Source of the DNA: Candidatus Bathyarchaeota archaeon
Lineage (GTDB): Archaea > Thermoproteota > Bathyarchaeia > Bathyarchaeales > Bathycorpusculaceae
Direction: 5' to 3'
Assembly (NCBI GenBank): GCA_963832745.1
Contig: CAWHVC010000003.1
Coordinates: forward strand, 192,001-256,000
Length of the DNA stretch: 64,000 bases
Shown: positions 19,601 through 29,511 of the stretch, piece after piece
Numbering within the stretch: the stretch's first letter is position 1
How the letters are laid out: each line of letters opens with the position of its first letter
The notes under the pieces: generated by a model
What the model was told of the DNA's origin: nothing
The model's database searches: none
Seen by the model: the letters and a program-made list of their open reading frames with translations, nothing else
Made by a program: the position numbers and the translations under genes

Positions 19601-20920
19601 TTACGGTGTCAGCCTTACTCTATCCCTCGGGTAAAGGGTCGCTTCACGAATGTTCTTTCTGCCTGAAAGAATCATAGTTAAACGTTCAAGCCCAATAGCC
19701 CATCCAGCATGCGGCGGCATACCCCAATCGAATGCTTGCAAGTGGTACTTGAAAGAAGCAGGGTTTAAGCCTTTTTCTTGCATTCTGCTGATTAACTGAT
19801 CTTTATGTTCAATTCTTGTTCCGCCAGAAACCAACTCGATGTAACGCCACATTAGGTCGAAACCTTCGCAGACTTCAGGGTTGTCTTTGCGTGGTTTAAT
19901 GTAGAAGGTCTTGGCTTTTGATGGCCAATCAGTTACGAAGTAAAAGAATGGGTAAAGTTTGCCCAGTTCCCTGAAAGCTTCCGTTGGAATGTCTTCACCC
20001 CAAGGGATTACTACGCCGTGTTCTTTGAGGCTTTCAAGAACCTCAGTGTAGGTTAAACGTTTGAATGGAAGCGCTGGAACTTCAAATTTGTACTTGAGTA
20101 AATGCAGCTCGTTTTGGCATTTCTCTTTAACCGTCACAAAGGCATGGTGTATAACTTGTTCAAGAAGCACCATCACGTCATCAGCATTAGCGAAAGCCTG
20201 CTCAATATCTACGCTAGTGAATTCGCTTAAGTGCCGTCGAGTGTGAGATTCTTCTGCTCGGAAGAATGGACCAACCTCAAAGACTTTTTCCATGCTCATG
20301 GTTAACTGTTCCTTGTAGAGCTGGGGGCTCTGTGCAAGGTAAGCGGTTTGGTCAAAATATTTTACGCTGAAAAGTTCTGCGCCGCCTTCTGTTGCAGAAG
20401 CGATGATTCTTGGAGTGTGAACTTCAAGGTAACCTTTCTCGAAAAGGAAACTGCGGATTGCTTGCAGTGCAATGTGCTGGATTTTGAATACTGCAAGGGA
20501 GGTCTCGGTCGTTAAGTCAAGTGCTCTTGCGTCGAGACGTGCTTCAATGTTTGCCGGTGTTTTGCCGGTTATGTCAATTGGCAGTTGCTCGACGGCTGTG
20601 TTTAAAAGTTTGATTTGTGTTGGGATGACTTCTATGCCACGTGTGGTCATGTTGGTTTTTTTGACTGTACCTTTTACGGCTATGCTGAAGCGTTTTTGTA
20701 AAAGGTCAGATTTCTGCAAAACTTCAGGTGCCACACGTTTTTTGGGTATAGTGATTTGTATGGTACCTGTGCTGTCTTGCATGATTATGAAACGGATGCC
20801 GCCAAGGTCACGAACTTCCTGTACCCACCCAAACAGGGTAACCTCTTGCGTGTCTAAGTCTGGAGAAACCTTGTTGATGTTGTGTGTTCTTGTCCAGTCT
20901 CCAATGAAGTCCATGTTCAT
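19601..20920 (-). CDS. aspS: Aspartate--tRNA ligase (archaeal type)
   Basis: GWV..VRDLGG OB fold, LAQSPQLYKE, FRAEES.T.RH, PPHAG..IGLERL. Confidence 0.95.
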   Translation of the reverse strand: MNMDFIGDWTRTHNINKVSPDLDTQEVTLFGWVQEVRDLGGIRFIIMQDSTGTIQITIPKKRVAPEVLQKSDLLQKRFSIAVKGTVKKTNMTTRGIEVIPTQIKLLNTAVEQLPIDITGKTPANIEARLDARALDLTTETSLAVFKIQHIALQAIRSFLFEKGYLEVHTPRIIASATEGGAELFSVKYFDQTAYLAQSPQLYKEQLTMSMEKVFEVGPFFRAEESHTRRHLSEFTSVDIEQAFANADDVMVLLEQVIHHAFVTVKEKCQNELHLLKYKFEVPALPFKRLTYTEVLESLKEHGVVIPWGEDIPTEAFRELGKLYPFFYFVTDWPSKAKTFYIKPRKDNPEVCEGFDLMWRYIELVSGGTRIEHKDQLISRMQEKGLNPASFKYHLQAFDWGMPPHAGWAIGLERLTMILSGRKNIREATLYPRDRVRLTP

Positions 20921-20934
20921 GGCTGCTTCAACCG

Positions 20935-21444
20935 TTAATCTGCAAATTCAACGCGAATAGACATTTTCCGTACGTTTTGGGCAATTGCTTTAAGTGCCGA
21001 CAGGTCAAATGGCATTTGTTGTCCGCGTTTTCGTTTTAGGATAACTCGGGTTTCGGTTGTTCCGTCTGGAAGCCAAATAGTGTTGATTGTCAGGATGCTG
21101 AAGGGTATAAATAGGTCTTCGAGGAATTTGCGGTCGTCAACGCCGTATTCGAGTATGCGTACGTTTTTGCCTGTTTCGTCGCTGAGTGCTTTGATGATTT
21201 TGCCGCCGTAACCCAGTAAGCGGGGTACGTCGCCGTGTCCGACGAGGATGGCTAAGGTTTTTTCCACATCGATTGCTCTGTAGAAGCAGACGTTTTGAAG
21301 CGTGGGATATTTCTCTTCCAGGTTGAGAAGGAGTCTGGCGATTCTAAGGTCTAAATCGGTTATTTCTCCAGCCTTAACTTTGGCTGAACATTTTTGGCAT
21401 AATATGCCACTTTTTAAGCAGAAACTGCATAGTTCGGTTTTCAT
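20935..21444 (-). CDS. NusA-like KH-domain protein with N-terminal Cys motif
   Basis: LCSFCLKSGILCQKC; LLGYGGKIIKALS KH motif. Confidence 0.8.
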   Translation of the reverse strand: MKTELCSFCLKSGILCQKCSAKVKAGEITDLDLRIARLLLNLEEKYPTLQNVCFYRAIDVEKTLAILVGHGDVPRLLGYGGKIIKALSDETGKNVRILEYGVDDRKFLEDLFIPFSILTINTIWLPDGTTETRVILKRKRGQQMPFDLSALKAIAQNVRKMSIRVEFAD

Positions 21445-21511
21445 TTTTGAATCGCCTTCATTTACTGTAAATAGGAGCCTACTGTTTTGGAGCAGGGTGA
21501 GGCTAAGTAAG

Positions 21512-21790
21512 TCAGCGTTGAAGTGTTATTTCAATTGTGCTTACGTTGCTGAGTTGAGCATCCTCGTCTTGAGGTTGAACTTGATCGGTTCCGATTGCGA
21601 TTGCTTTGACTTTTACGTCTGGAAGGAATTTGCGTCTTACAACTTCAGCTACGTCTATTGCTCTGCTGATTGCTTTTCCTCGCGCTTTAATATTTACTTC
21701 TTTAGCTCCGCCATGGAAGAAGGTTATGCAAGCAAGCACATAGTTCATTATTGGTTTTTTGCCGATCAAGACTGCATTAGCTTCTGACAT
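21512..21790 (-). CDS. albA: DNA/RNA-binding protein Alba
   Basis: [30 protein letters not shown]. Confidence 0.96.
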   Translation of the reverse strand: MSEANAVLIGKKPIMNYVLACITFFHGGAKEVNIKARGKAISRAIDVAEVVRRKFLPDVKVKAIAIGTDQVQPQDEDAQLSNVSTIEITLQR

Positions 21791-21979
21791 GGCTTTAGCT
21801 TTACTCCTAAATTAACATTTTAAGATGCGGTTTAGTAGCTTTTTTTCCGAACATAAATACATTGTGGTGCAAGATGTTTCTTCTGGCTTATAAAAAGCAA
21901 GTCGATGCCTACCTCAACTAAAATTAATTCCAAGCTTACTTAATAACGTGACATGCATAATCAAAAAACTATTCACTGG

Positions 21980-22085
21980 CCCAATTTTTAACATACTATG
22001 GCTCAAAAATCCGTCAATACCAACCTACCCCCCCCCTTAGGTTTCTGCAATGATTTTCTAATAGGCGGCAAATAGGCTGGTTGAA
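21980..22085 (-). repeat. Dispersed intergenic repeat, copy D (inverted orientation)
   Basis: Reverse complement reads cctattag...gcagaaacctaa(g)9taggttggtattgacggatttttgagccatagtatgttaaaaattggg, colinear with copies B and C. Confidence 0.75.
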
Positions 22086-22170
22086 GCTTTTTGCGTTGAG
22101 GGCAAGTTTTATTTTAGGATAAAGCCTTTATCAAGTTAATACACTACTTTCTTTTAGGAAGAAACTAAAG

Positions 22171-22995
22171 ATGAGCACTCAACCCGACTGGTTTAAAATC
22201 TTAACCGATTGCAAAAACAACGTTGAAAAAGCAATAAAACCACACCTAGAAACCATACATGAACCGCTACCTGACCTTGGCAAAGGAGCAGGCGGAGACG
22301 CAATGAAACCCGCAGACTTAGCCGCAGAAAAAGCCATCGTGGACACCCTGCAAAGCCACGGGATTTCGTTCTCTCTGATTAGTGAAGAATCAGGCTTCGT
22401 AAATTATGGCAGCCATCCAGAAGACTGCTACATCACCATTGACCCAATAGATGGCACAACCAACTTCCTAAGAGGCCTACCGTTTTATGCTTCATCTATT
22501 GCTGTTTCAAGAAAACCAGTCATGAAGGAAGTTTACGCAGCCTTAGTCACCGACCTGTACCATGATATTACATATATGGCGCAGGAAGGCAAAGGTGCCT
22601 ACCGTGACGGCGAAAAAATCAAAACTTCACAGGTGGTTTCTCTTCAAGAAGCCGTGCTCGGCATGGACCTTAACACTTACAAGGTTGCAGAAGTCGCGCC
22701 TAAACTAACCAACTTAATTCAGCAGACCAAGCATATTAGGCATTACGGCGCCAACGCGTTGGAGTTGTGCTATGTTGCTAACGGGTTAACTGATGCGTTC
22801 GTGGATATACGGGGAAAACTACGCACTACTGACGTGGCGGCAGGCTTTTTGATTATCAAGGAAGCAGGCGGCTTAGTAACCGGCATGGATAACAAGCCAG
22901 TCAACGTGCCATTAGACCCCAAGCAAACGTTGAAGTTTGTAGCGTCAGGCAACACTAAAATCCATGAGACAATCCTTGGATTGGTCAAACCCTAA
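22171..22995 (+). CDS. Inositol monophosphatase / FBPase (SuhB-like)
   Basis: SEESG, DPIDGTTN, DVAAG..II.EAGG. Confidence 0.92.
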   Translation: MSTQPDWFKILTDCKNNVEKAIKPHLETIHEPLPDLGKGAGGDAMKPADLAAEKAIVDTLQSHGISFSLISEESGFVNYGSHPEDCYITIDPIDGTTNFLRGLPFYASSIAVSRKPVMKEVYAALVTDLYHDITYMAQEGKGAYRDGEKIKTSQVVSLQEAVLGMDLNTYKVAEVAPKLTNLIQQTKHIRHYGANALELCYVANGLTDAFVDIRGKLRTTDVAAGFLIIKEAGGLVTGMDNKPVNVPLDPKQTLKFVASGNTKIHETILGLVKP

Positions 22996-23843
22996 TGCTA
23001 AAACTCCTTTTTCCACACCCTGCGGCTTTAATAAAAACACAAAAAACCAAAACCCTTCTTATCGCTGACCCACATATCGGTTGGGAAAATGAGCTACAAA
23101 AAAAGGGCATTCATATACCAAGTCAAACCATCAAACTTTTCGACAAACTCGCCAGTCTAATCACCCAATACACGCCCGATAGCCTCATAGTTTTGGGCGA
23201 CGTCAAATATACTGTAATGAAAACAGAACCCGGTGAATGGCATGACATCCCAGACTTTTTTAACAAACTCTCAAACATCATCAAAGATATATCAATTGTC
23301 CGAGGAAACCATGACGCCAACTTAGAGCCGCTTCTGCCTGAAAACGTCAAAATGCTTCCTGCGACAGGCGCTGTTGTGGGTGACGTGGGGGTTTTTCACG
23401 GGCACAAGTGGCCTTCACCAGAGCTTTTGAAATGCAAAACGTTAGTTATGGGGCACCTACATCCTGTAGTTGTGTTTCGTGACCCAGCGGGTTTTAAGAT
23501 TACACGGCAAGTTTGGATGAAAGCAAACTGTGAAACGGAAGCTTTGACAAGGGTTTTTTTGGAGAAGCACAACGTAAAAGTTGAAGATTCCGTTGAGCAG
23601 GCGCTTATGCGGAATTATGGATTCAAAGCTAAAACATCAGAGCTGTTGATTATTCCCAGTTTTAACGATTTCCTTGGCGGCAGACCAATAAATGAAACTC
23701 ACCCCAAAAGAGAATCTGGCGGCGAAGGCTTGATTGGTCCAGTATTGCGTTCTGAAGCAGTTGATGTTGCTCGTTCGGAGCTTTACTTACTTGACGGCAC
23801 CTATTTAGGAACTTTAAATCAGCTAAAAACGGTTCAACACTGA
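22995..23843 (+). CDS. Calcineurin-like metallophosphoesterase
   Basis: ADPHIG, LGDVK, GNHD, HGH, GHLHP. Confidence 0.9.
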   Translation: MLKLLFPHPAALIKTQKTKTLLIADPHIGWENELQKKGIHIPSQTIKLFDKLASLITQYTPDSLIVLGDVKYTVMKTEPGEWHDIPDFFNKLSNIIKDISIVRGNHDANLEPLLPENVKMLPATGAVVGDVGVFHGHKWPSPELLKCKTLVMGHLHPVVVFRDPAGFKITRQVWMKANCETEALTRVFLEKHNVKVEDSVEQALMRNYGFKAKTSELLIIPSFNDFLGGRPINETHPKRESGGEGLIGPVLRSEAVDVARSELYLLDGTYLGTLNQLKTVQH

Positions 23844-23928
23844 ACTTTTTGCATATAATTCGAGCTTGAAACGGTTTATTGAGCGTAAAGTTAAACATTA
23901 GGCTTGATTGATTGAAAAAGGGACCTTA

Positions 23929-25236
23929 ATGCAGGAAAGAAGAGAGAAGAGGCAATTAAGAAAAGAAATAAGGCAAAGAAAACGACGGGTAGATGGTGAC
24001 CTGTCAGAGTCAATTTTACTCTCTCTTCTAAAAGAAGGACCCTTAAACCTTGACGAGCTTGAAAAAGCTACAGCATTACACACGGTCGATTTTAGCCAAT
24101 ATGCTCAACGCCAAAGGGTAGAGCCACAAAACGTTCAAGTTTGCTGCGGAGACCTTGTCAGCAGACAATTAATACAGCTTAACAGTGAAGCAAAATACGA
24201 GTTAACAGACAAAGGCAAAGCCAACGCTCAAGAAAACGCTTGGGCAATGGAAAAAGGCGCTGCCATGCTTGAAAACCAATTCTTAAGCCCCTCCGCAACC
24301 GCCAGAAACACCATCATCGGCTATATCATCATGTCAGTTTTGAAGTTGTTTGTTGGGTTATTAGGTGGCAGCGTAGGCTTGATTGCAGACGGCGCAGACA
24401 CCACAGTTGACACGATTGCATCTGGAATTGTTTGGTGTGGTATAAAATTCAAAAAAGAAGTAGTAGGTACAATAACGGTTATCGTTTTGATGTTTTTTAC
24501 TTCAATCACGCTTGCCGTGGAGTCGGTAACGTCTGTTATTGAAAGCTTTGAAGGCTCATTTCCGCCGATGTCTATGCCATATTTAGTGATAATTATTGAG
24601 CTTATCGCGTTACTGACAGCATTTATTTTCTCCACTTATCAGCGTTATGTGGGCAGAAGAAGCCAAAACTTTTCTTTGCTGTCCCAATCGGTTGACTCAA
24701 AAAACAGCATGTACTCCGCCGCAGCCGTAATAGTCGGCGCAGTCTTTTCAATTTTTGGCATCCACTGGGTAGACGCAATCGTCGGCGGCATCATTGCAGT
24801 AAGAATCTCAATCGACGGCGTAGACTTAACACGCCAAACCATACGCTCCTTAAAAGGAGAAAAACCAGACTACAGCCAATTCAAACTACCCTTTGAAAAG
24901 CAAATTGAGACAAGAAGAATGGAAACCTACCGAAACTGGGTGCTATACATCGTTAAAAATGAAAAACAAGCCACAAAAGAGGCGATTGTAACGTCTCTTT
25001 GGAAGACTTTCAAGCCAAGCTATATGCCAGCCGTGTTTACTGAATTCACGGTGGGTAAAGATTTTGATTTCAAAACTAACTTTGATAAAATTGTCCAACC
25101 GCTTATCGAAAACTGTTACCTGCAAGAAACAGACGGGACATACTTTTTGACGGAAACCGGAAAAACGTACCTTAAAGACTTGATAGACTCGGCAAGATAC
25201 CGACGTGAAAGCTACCCATACCAACTGAGGAGGTAG
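23929..25236 (+). CDS. Cation diffusion facilitator-like membrane protein with N- and C-terminal winged-helix domains
   Basis: KLFVG..GGSVGLIADGADT..D and WVDAIVG CDF core; flanking 'YELTDKGK' and 'YFLTETGK' wing motifs. Confidence 0.75.
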   Translation: MQERREKRQLRKEIRQRKRRVDGDLSESILLSLLKEGPLNLDELEKATALHTVDFSQYAQRQRVEPQNVQVCCGDLVSRQLIQLNSEAKYELTDKGKANAQENAWAMEKGAAMLENQFLSPSATARNTIIGYIIMSVLKLFVGLLGGSVGLIADGADTTVDTIASGIVWCGIKFKKEVVGTITVIVLMFFTSITLAVESVTSVIESFEGSFPPMSMPYLVIIIELIALLTAFIFSTYQRYVGRRSQNFSLLSQSVDSKNSMYSAAAVIVGAVFSIFGIHWVDAIVGGIIAVRISIDGVDLTRQTIRSLKGEKPDYSQFKLPFEKQIETRRMETYRNWVLYIVKNEKQATKEAIVTSLWKTFKPSYMPAVFTEFTVGKDFDFKTNFDKIVQPLIENCYLQETDGTYFLTETGKTYLKDLIDSARYRRESYPYQLRR

Positions 25237-25309
25237 CCATTTAAAGCATTCAGGCTCGTGCATAAAATTTATTGGATTGAAACCCTCCCTTTAACGTGGT
25301 GAGTATATT

Positions 25310-25909
25310 TTGTCTTCAGAGAATAACGATGATTTTCCAGAATGGTTCAAAAAGCGACGCTCTCAATCTAAAGACCCATTCTTTGGCGACATAGACAACA
25401 TGTTTCGTGAAATGGAGAAAATGATGGAAGACGAATTCAAAAACTTCCAAGACAAGGTTCCCAAAGAATACGTTAAAGAGCGTAAACTGCCGGATGGAAG
25501 CACCGTTAAAGAGTTGGGACCATTCGTGTATGGTTACAGTATGAAAATTGGTCCCGACGGCAAACCAGACATACAAGAGTTTGGAAACCTCAAAAAGAGC
25601 TTAAAAGGCCCCGAAATCAAAGAAGAACGTGAACCACTCGTTGATGTAATAGATAACGCAAACGAAATTCATGTGGTGGTTGAATTACCGGGGGTTGAGA
25701 AAACGGACATTAAGCTTTACGGTACCGATGATTCCTTGACCATTTCGGTTGATACGCCACAGTACAAGTACTACAAGGATGTTGAGTTACCCACAAAAGT
25801 CCAAGTTAAAGAGGCAAAATCAACCTACAAAAACGGCGTTTTAGAAGTTGTTATCCCAAAGATTGAGCCGTCAAGTAATCCTAAAGGCGAACCAATCAAC
25901 ATTAACTAA
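25310..25909 (+). CDS. hsp20: Archaeal small heat-shock protein Hsp20
   Basis: GPFVYGYSMKIGPDGKP, REPLVDV, YKNGVLEV. Confidence 0.95.
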   Translation: MSSENNDDFPEWFKKRRSQSKDPFFGDIDNMFREMEKMMEDEFKNFQDKVPKEYVKERKLPDGSTVKELGPFVYGYSMKIGPDGKPDIQEFGNLKKSLKGPEIKEEREPLVDVIDNANEIHVVVELPGVEKTDIKLYGTDDSLTISVDTPQYKYYKDVELPTKVQVKEAKSTYKNGVLEVVIPKIEPSSNPKGEPININ

Positions 25910-25959
25910 ACTAAAAGCCTAAATTCTCCATGTTTTCATAGATAAATGCGTGTAAACTG

Positions 25960-26370
25960 TTGATTGATAACTCTGAAATAGAAACCTTAAACGCTATTTG
26001 CAGGCAAGCTAAAGCAGCGGGCAAACTGTCAGGCGAAAACATTAACGAACTTTATGACCTATTTGGGCAACGCTTCACTAAAGCCTTAGACACGCTTAAG
26101 GATAACAGAGTTAAAAAGTACATTTTCAAACCCAGTATGCGGGTTGTCTGGATTGTTATTGGTCGGGAACGAGACTACTTGATTATGCCGGAAGCGGAAT
26201 ACTGCACATGCGATGACTTCTATTTTAGAGTGCTCGACAAAAAGGTTCACATGTGTTATCACCTTTTTGCTCAAAAAATCGCACAGAACCTAGGCTGGTT
26301 TGAAACCATTGAAGCAAATGACGAAAGCTACGGCATGTTGATGAATGAGTGGAAAAAAGCTACACCTTAA
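25960..26370 (+). CDS. SWIM zinc-finger protein
   Basis: YCTCDDF...CYHL. Confidence 0.85.
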   Translation: MIDNSEIETLNAICRQAKAAGKLSGENINELYDLFGQRFTKALDTLKDNRVKKYIFKPSMRVVWIVIGRERDYLIMPEAEYCTCDDFYFRVLDKKVHMCYHLFAQKIAQNLGWFETIEANDESYGMLMNEWKKATP

Positions 26371-26414
26371 ATATTTAGATGTTACAAGAATAGGTAAACA
26401 CAAGGAGAATCTCG

Positions 26415-26540
26415 ATGGATCTAAGTGCGTATTTCACAATATTGCAGTATCTCTTGATGGGTGCAACTGCTGTAGTTTTACTGTTAATCTTCCTTTACGT
26501 ATACTACGGTAAAGATGAAGAGAAAGAAGAAAAAGAGTAA
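26415..26540 (+). CDS. 41-aa single-pass membrane microprotein (not in ORF track)
   Basis: AGGAG then ATG; MDLSAYFTILQYLLMGATAVVLLLIFLYVYYGKDEEKEEKE. Confidence 0.65.
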   Translation: MDLSAYFTILQYLLMGATAVVLLLIFLYVYYGKDEEKEEKE

Positions 26541-26546
26541 ATTTTT

Positions 26547-26858
26547 TTAACTTATTACTCTTCTTGTTCTTCGCGAATAGATAAAGAATAAAACGAACAT
26601 TACAACTGCAAGTGTGACGCTAATTATTATAAGCCAATTTGAATCAGGCCCTGCCCCAAACACGATGGGAATTGGACCAATAAAAACAACTCCGCCCACA
26701 CTGCCAGAACCACCCCAATTAAGGATTGACGCAGCAACCAAGACAACTAACCCCACGAAAACCAACGTGAAACCCACCATTAACAGGTTAAACAATCTGC
26801 TAGAAACAGTGACACCACCCGATTGACCATCGTCTGGCTGCTCTTGATTTTCAAACAC
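26547..26858 (-). CDS. DUF131 family membrane protein
   Basis: GGVVFIGPIPIVFG; GTG at 26858 after GAGGT. Confidence 0.85.
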   Translation of the reverse strand: MFENQEQPDDGQSGGVTVSSRLFNLLMVGFTLVFVGLVVLVAASILNWGGSGSVGGVVFIGPIPIVFGAGPDSNWLIIISVTLAVVMFVLFFIYSRRTRRVIS

Positions 26859-26863
26859 AATTT

Positions 26864-27127
26864 TTACCTCAACATCAAATAATACCATACCACAAGCATA
26901 ATTGTCAGGGCTAACGCAAGCGCCACCACAGTTTTTACGGATTTCTTGTCAGTACCAAAAATTATCGGGATTGGCCCAATCATTATTACGCCTGCAGCTT
27001 TCACTTTGCCTTTTTCGCCTTCATTTTTACCTGATTTACCGGCTGAAACCAAAATGGAAACTACCACAATTATAACTCCAACTGCGATAAGGATGAATGC
27101 GACCATGTAAAGCGTAGAGAAATCCAT
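26864..27127 (-). CDS. DUF131 family membrane protein (paralog)
   Basis: AGVIMIGPIPIIFGTDK; ATG at 27127. Confidence 0.85.
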   Translation of the reverse strand: MDFSTLYMVAFILIAVGVIIVVVSILVSAGKSGKNEGEKGKVKAAGVIMIGPIPIIFGTDKKSVKTVVALALALTIMLVVWYYLMLR

Positions 27128-27231
27128 TCTGCTCAGAATACTTTGCTTTCTGGGTTTTAATAAACTTAGCCAAAAAACTCTTTTTGAACGTAAACTATAA
27201 ACAAGCAGAACACCTATTCCGTGCAGAGCAG

Positions 27232-28386
27232 ATGACAACCCAAGAAATTATCCAAGCTATACTTGCCAAACATCCAGAATTGTCTGAAGAACAAATACAA
27301 GAAACTCTCATACAGGAAAGGGCTCGTTCAGGCGGTTTGCTAGGCGACGAAACGATTCTACGACTTATAGCCGCAAGATATAGCGTCGAAGTTACACAAC
27401 AGAAAACAGAATTCAGCGGGATTTTGTCATCTGGACGCTTGTTTGCAGGTTTGAATGATGTTTCGGTTGAAGGCAGATTGGTTGCTGTTTTTCCTGCACG
27501 TAGCTTTAACGGCGGCGAAAAAAGCGGCAAATTCGCAAACTTGATGATTGTTGATGATGACAGCATTTTACGCGTGGTTCTGTGGAATGAAAAAGCGGAT
27601 GCTGTTGAGAGTGGCGAGTTGAAGGCTGGCCAAATCGTTAAACTTCTGCATGGATATACACGGGATGACCGTTACGGCAAGGTTGAGTTGCATTTAGGCA
27701 ATAAAAGCAAAATTGAAATCAACGAAAACCCGCAAACCAACTATCCAGGCGTGGAAAAGTTTGCTTCAAAAATAAGCGAAATAACCAACACTTTTAGCAA
27801 TGTACATTTGGCGGGCATGGTGAAAGAAGTGTTTGGTTCAAACACGTTCACTAAGGGCGACGGCACAGAAGGCAAAGTTATGCGTTTCACACTCTCAGAT
27901 GGTTCAGCAGAAACCACGGTTGTTGTTTGGAACGGCAAAGTTGACGAGTTAGAACGCCAACTTAAACCCAAAGCCTGCATGCACTTAATTAACGGTAAAG
28001 TTAAAGAAATGGAAAGCAGCGGTTTTGAGGTACACGTTGACTCAACAAGCTTTGTGCAGATTCAACCGGTTGCGCTTCAATTAACCAAACTTGGGAACCT
28101 AAAAGAGGGCGACGTTGTTAACGTGGAAGGCGACGTCTCAAACGTTGACCCCATAAAAGAAGTAACCACCGGCAAAGGCGAACAAATCAAACTGTTGACC
28201 TTTGAGTTAAAAGACGAAACGGGTTCAGTACGAGTTTCAGTTTGGCGTAACCAAGCTGAACAACTCAGTAACCTAAAACTTAGCGATGAAGTTACAATAG
28301 AAAACGCGTTTGTTAAGAAAGGGTATGGAAATAAAGTGGAGTTATCCACTCGAAGCGGAACCCAATTTACGGTTAAACCTATTTAA
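27232..28386 (+). CDS. rpa: Replication protein A / multi-OB-fold ssDNA-binding protein
   Basis: Three OB folds (RVVLWNE, TVVVWNG, KDETGSVRVSVW). Confidence 0.88.
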   Translation: MTTQEIIQAILAKHPELSEEQIQETLIQERARSGGLLGDETILRLIAARYSVEVTQQKTEFSGILSSGRLFAGLNDVSVEGRLVAVFPARSFNGGEKSGKFANLMIVDDDSILRVVLWNEKADAVESGELKAGQIVKLLHGYTRDDRYGKVELHLGNKSKIEINENPQTNYPGVEKFASKISEITNTFSNVHLAGMVKEVFGSNTFTKGDGTEGKVMRFTLSDGSAETTVVVWNGKVDELERQLKPKACMHLINGKVKEMESSGFEVHVDSTSFVQIQPVALQLTKLGNLKEGDVVNVEGDVSNVDPIKEVTTGKGEQIKLLTFELKDETGSVRVSVWRNQAEQLSNLKLSDEVTIENAFVKKGYGNKVELSTRSGTQFTVKPI

Positions 28387-29398
28387 GTTTCTCAACTATG
28401 GCGTCTGCCATTTCGCTTGTCGTTGCTTTTCCGCCTAAATCGGCTGTCCGGACTTTGCCTTCAACAAGCACAGCAATTACTGTGTCTTCAATCTTTTTGG
28501 CTGCTTCTTTCTCGCCAATGTAATCAAGCATCATTGCGCCAGCCATTATTGTTGCAATTGGGTTTACACGGTTCATGCCTGTGTATTTTGGTGCAGAGCC
28601 GTGGACTGGTTCGAACATGCCGTAGGTTTTGCCGACGTTTGCGCCTGCTGCAAGACCAAGGCTGCCGGTTACTTGTGCTGCTTCGTCGCTAATGATGTCA
28701 CCGAACAAGTTTGTTGTTACCATTACGTCGTAGCTGGCTGGCTGCTTGATTAGTTGCATGGTTGCAGCGTCAATATGTAGGTCGTCAACTGTAACTTCAG
28801 GATATTTCTTTTGAACTTCTTTAACCGCGTCTTTGAAGACACCGTCGGTTACACGTAGTATGTTGCCTTTGTGAATGTAAGTAAGATGCTTTTTTCGTTG
28901 CATTGCCAGTTTAAATGCATACTCGGCAACTTTAGTGGATGCTTCTGTTGTGATGATTCTGAAAGCGACGCTTACGCCAGGTGCAATTAGTGCTTCTTTG
29001 CCTGAGTACATGCCTTCAGTGTTTTCTCTGACCACTACTAGGTCAATGTCTGGCTTGAGGGATTCGACACTTGGGAAGCTTTTGCATGGACGAACGTTAG
29101 CGTATAAGTCAAACATTCGACGCAGGGTTACTGCGACGCTGACTGGTGCTCCGGGTTCTTCGGGAGTGGTCATTGGACCTTTTAGGCATGCGTCGGTTTT
29201 CTTAATCATTTCAACTGTTTCTTTTGGAAGGTTTGTTCCGTGTTCTGGGATGCAGTGTGCGCCTGCTTCTCCGTAGAGGTAGTTAAGTTTAAAGTTTGAA
29301 GTTTTTTGTACGGCGTCAAGAACCTGCAGGGTTGCCTCGGTTACTTCAGGTCCGATTCCGTCGCCTTTTAGGACTGCAATATTGTAAGTTTTAACCAT
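28379..29398 (-). CDS. Isocitrate/isopropylmalate dehydrogenase family protein (LeuB or homoisocitrate dehydrogenase)
   Basis: GDGIGPEV, RENTEGMY, NLFGDIISD, EPVHGSAP. Confidence 0.9.
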   Translation of the reverse strand: MVKTYNIAVLKGDGIGPEVTEATLQVLDAVQKTSNFKLNYLYGEAGAHCIPEHGTNLPKETVEMIKKTDACLKGPMTTPEEPGAPVSVAVTLRRMFDLYANVRPCKSFPSVESLKPDIDLVVVRENTEGMYSGKEALIAPGVSVAFRIITTEASTKVAEYAFKLAMQRKKHLTYIHKGNILRVTDGVFKDAVKEVQKKYPEVTVDDLHIDAATMQLIKQPASYDVMVTTNLFGDIISDEAAQVTGSLGLAAGANVGKTYGMFEPVHGSAPKYTGMNRVNPIATIMAGAMMLDYIGEKEAAKKIEDTVIAVLVEGKVRTADLGGKATTSEMADAIVEKLK

Positions 29399-29511
29399 CA
29401 TTTTCTACCTGAAGGTTAAGTGTTAATGTTTTCATTTATCAGCATATCGTCTAGACATTTGACTTCTAACGGGCAAAATACACGATTATTCACGAATAAG
29501 GTAAAAGGAGT

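Noticed and set aside
28379-29398. Specific leuB versus homoisocitrate dehydrogenase assignment
   Set aside because: Motifs are shared across the family and there is no diagnostic neighbour
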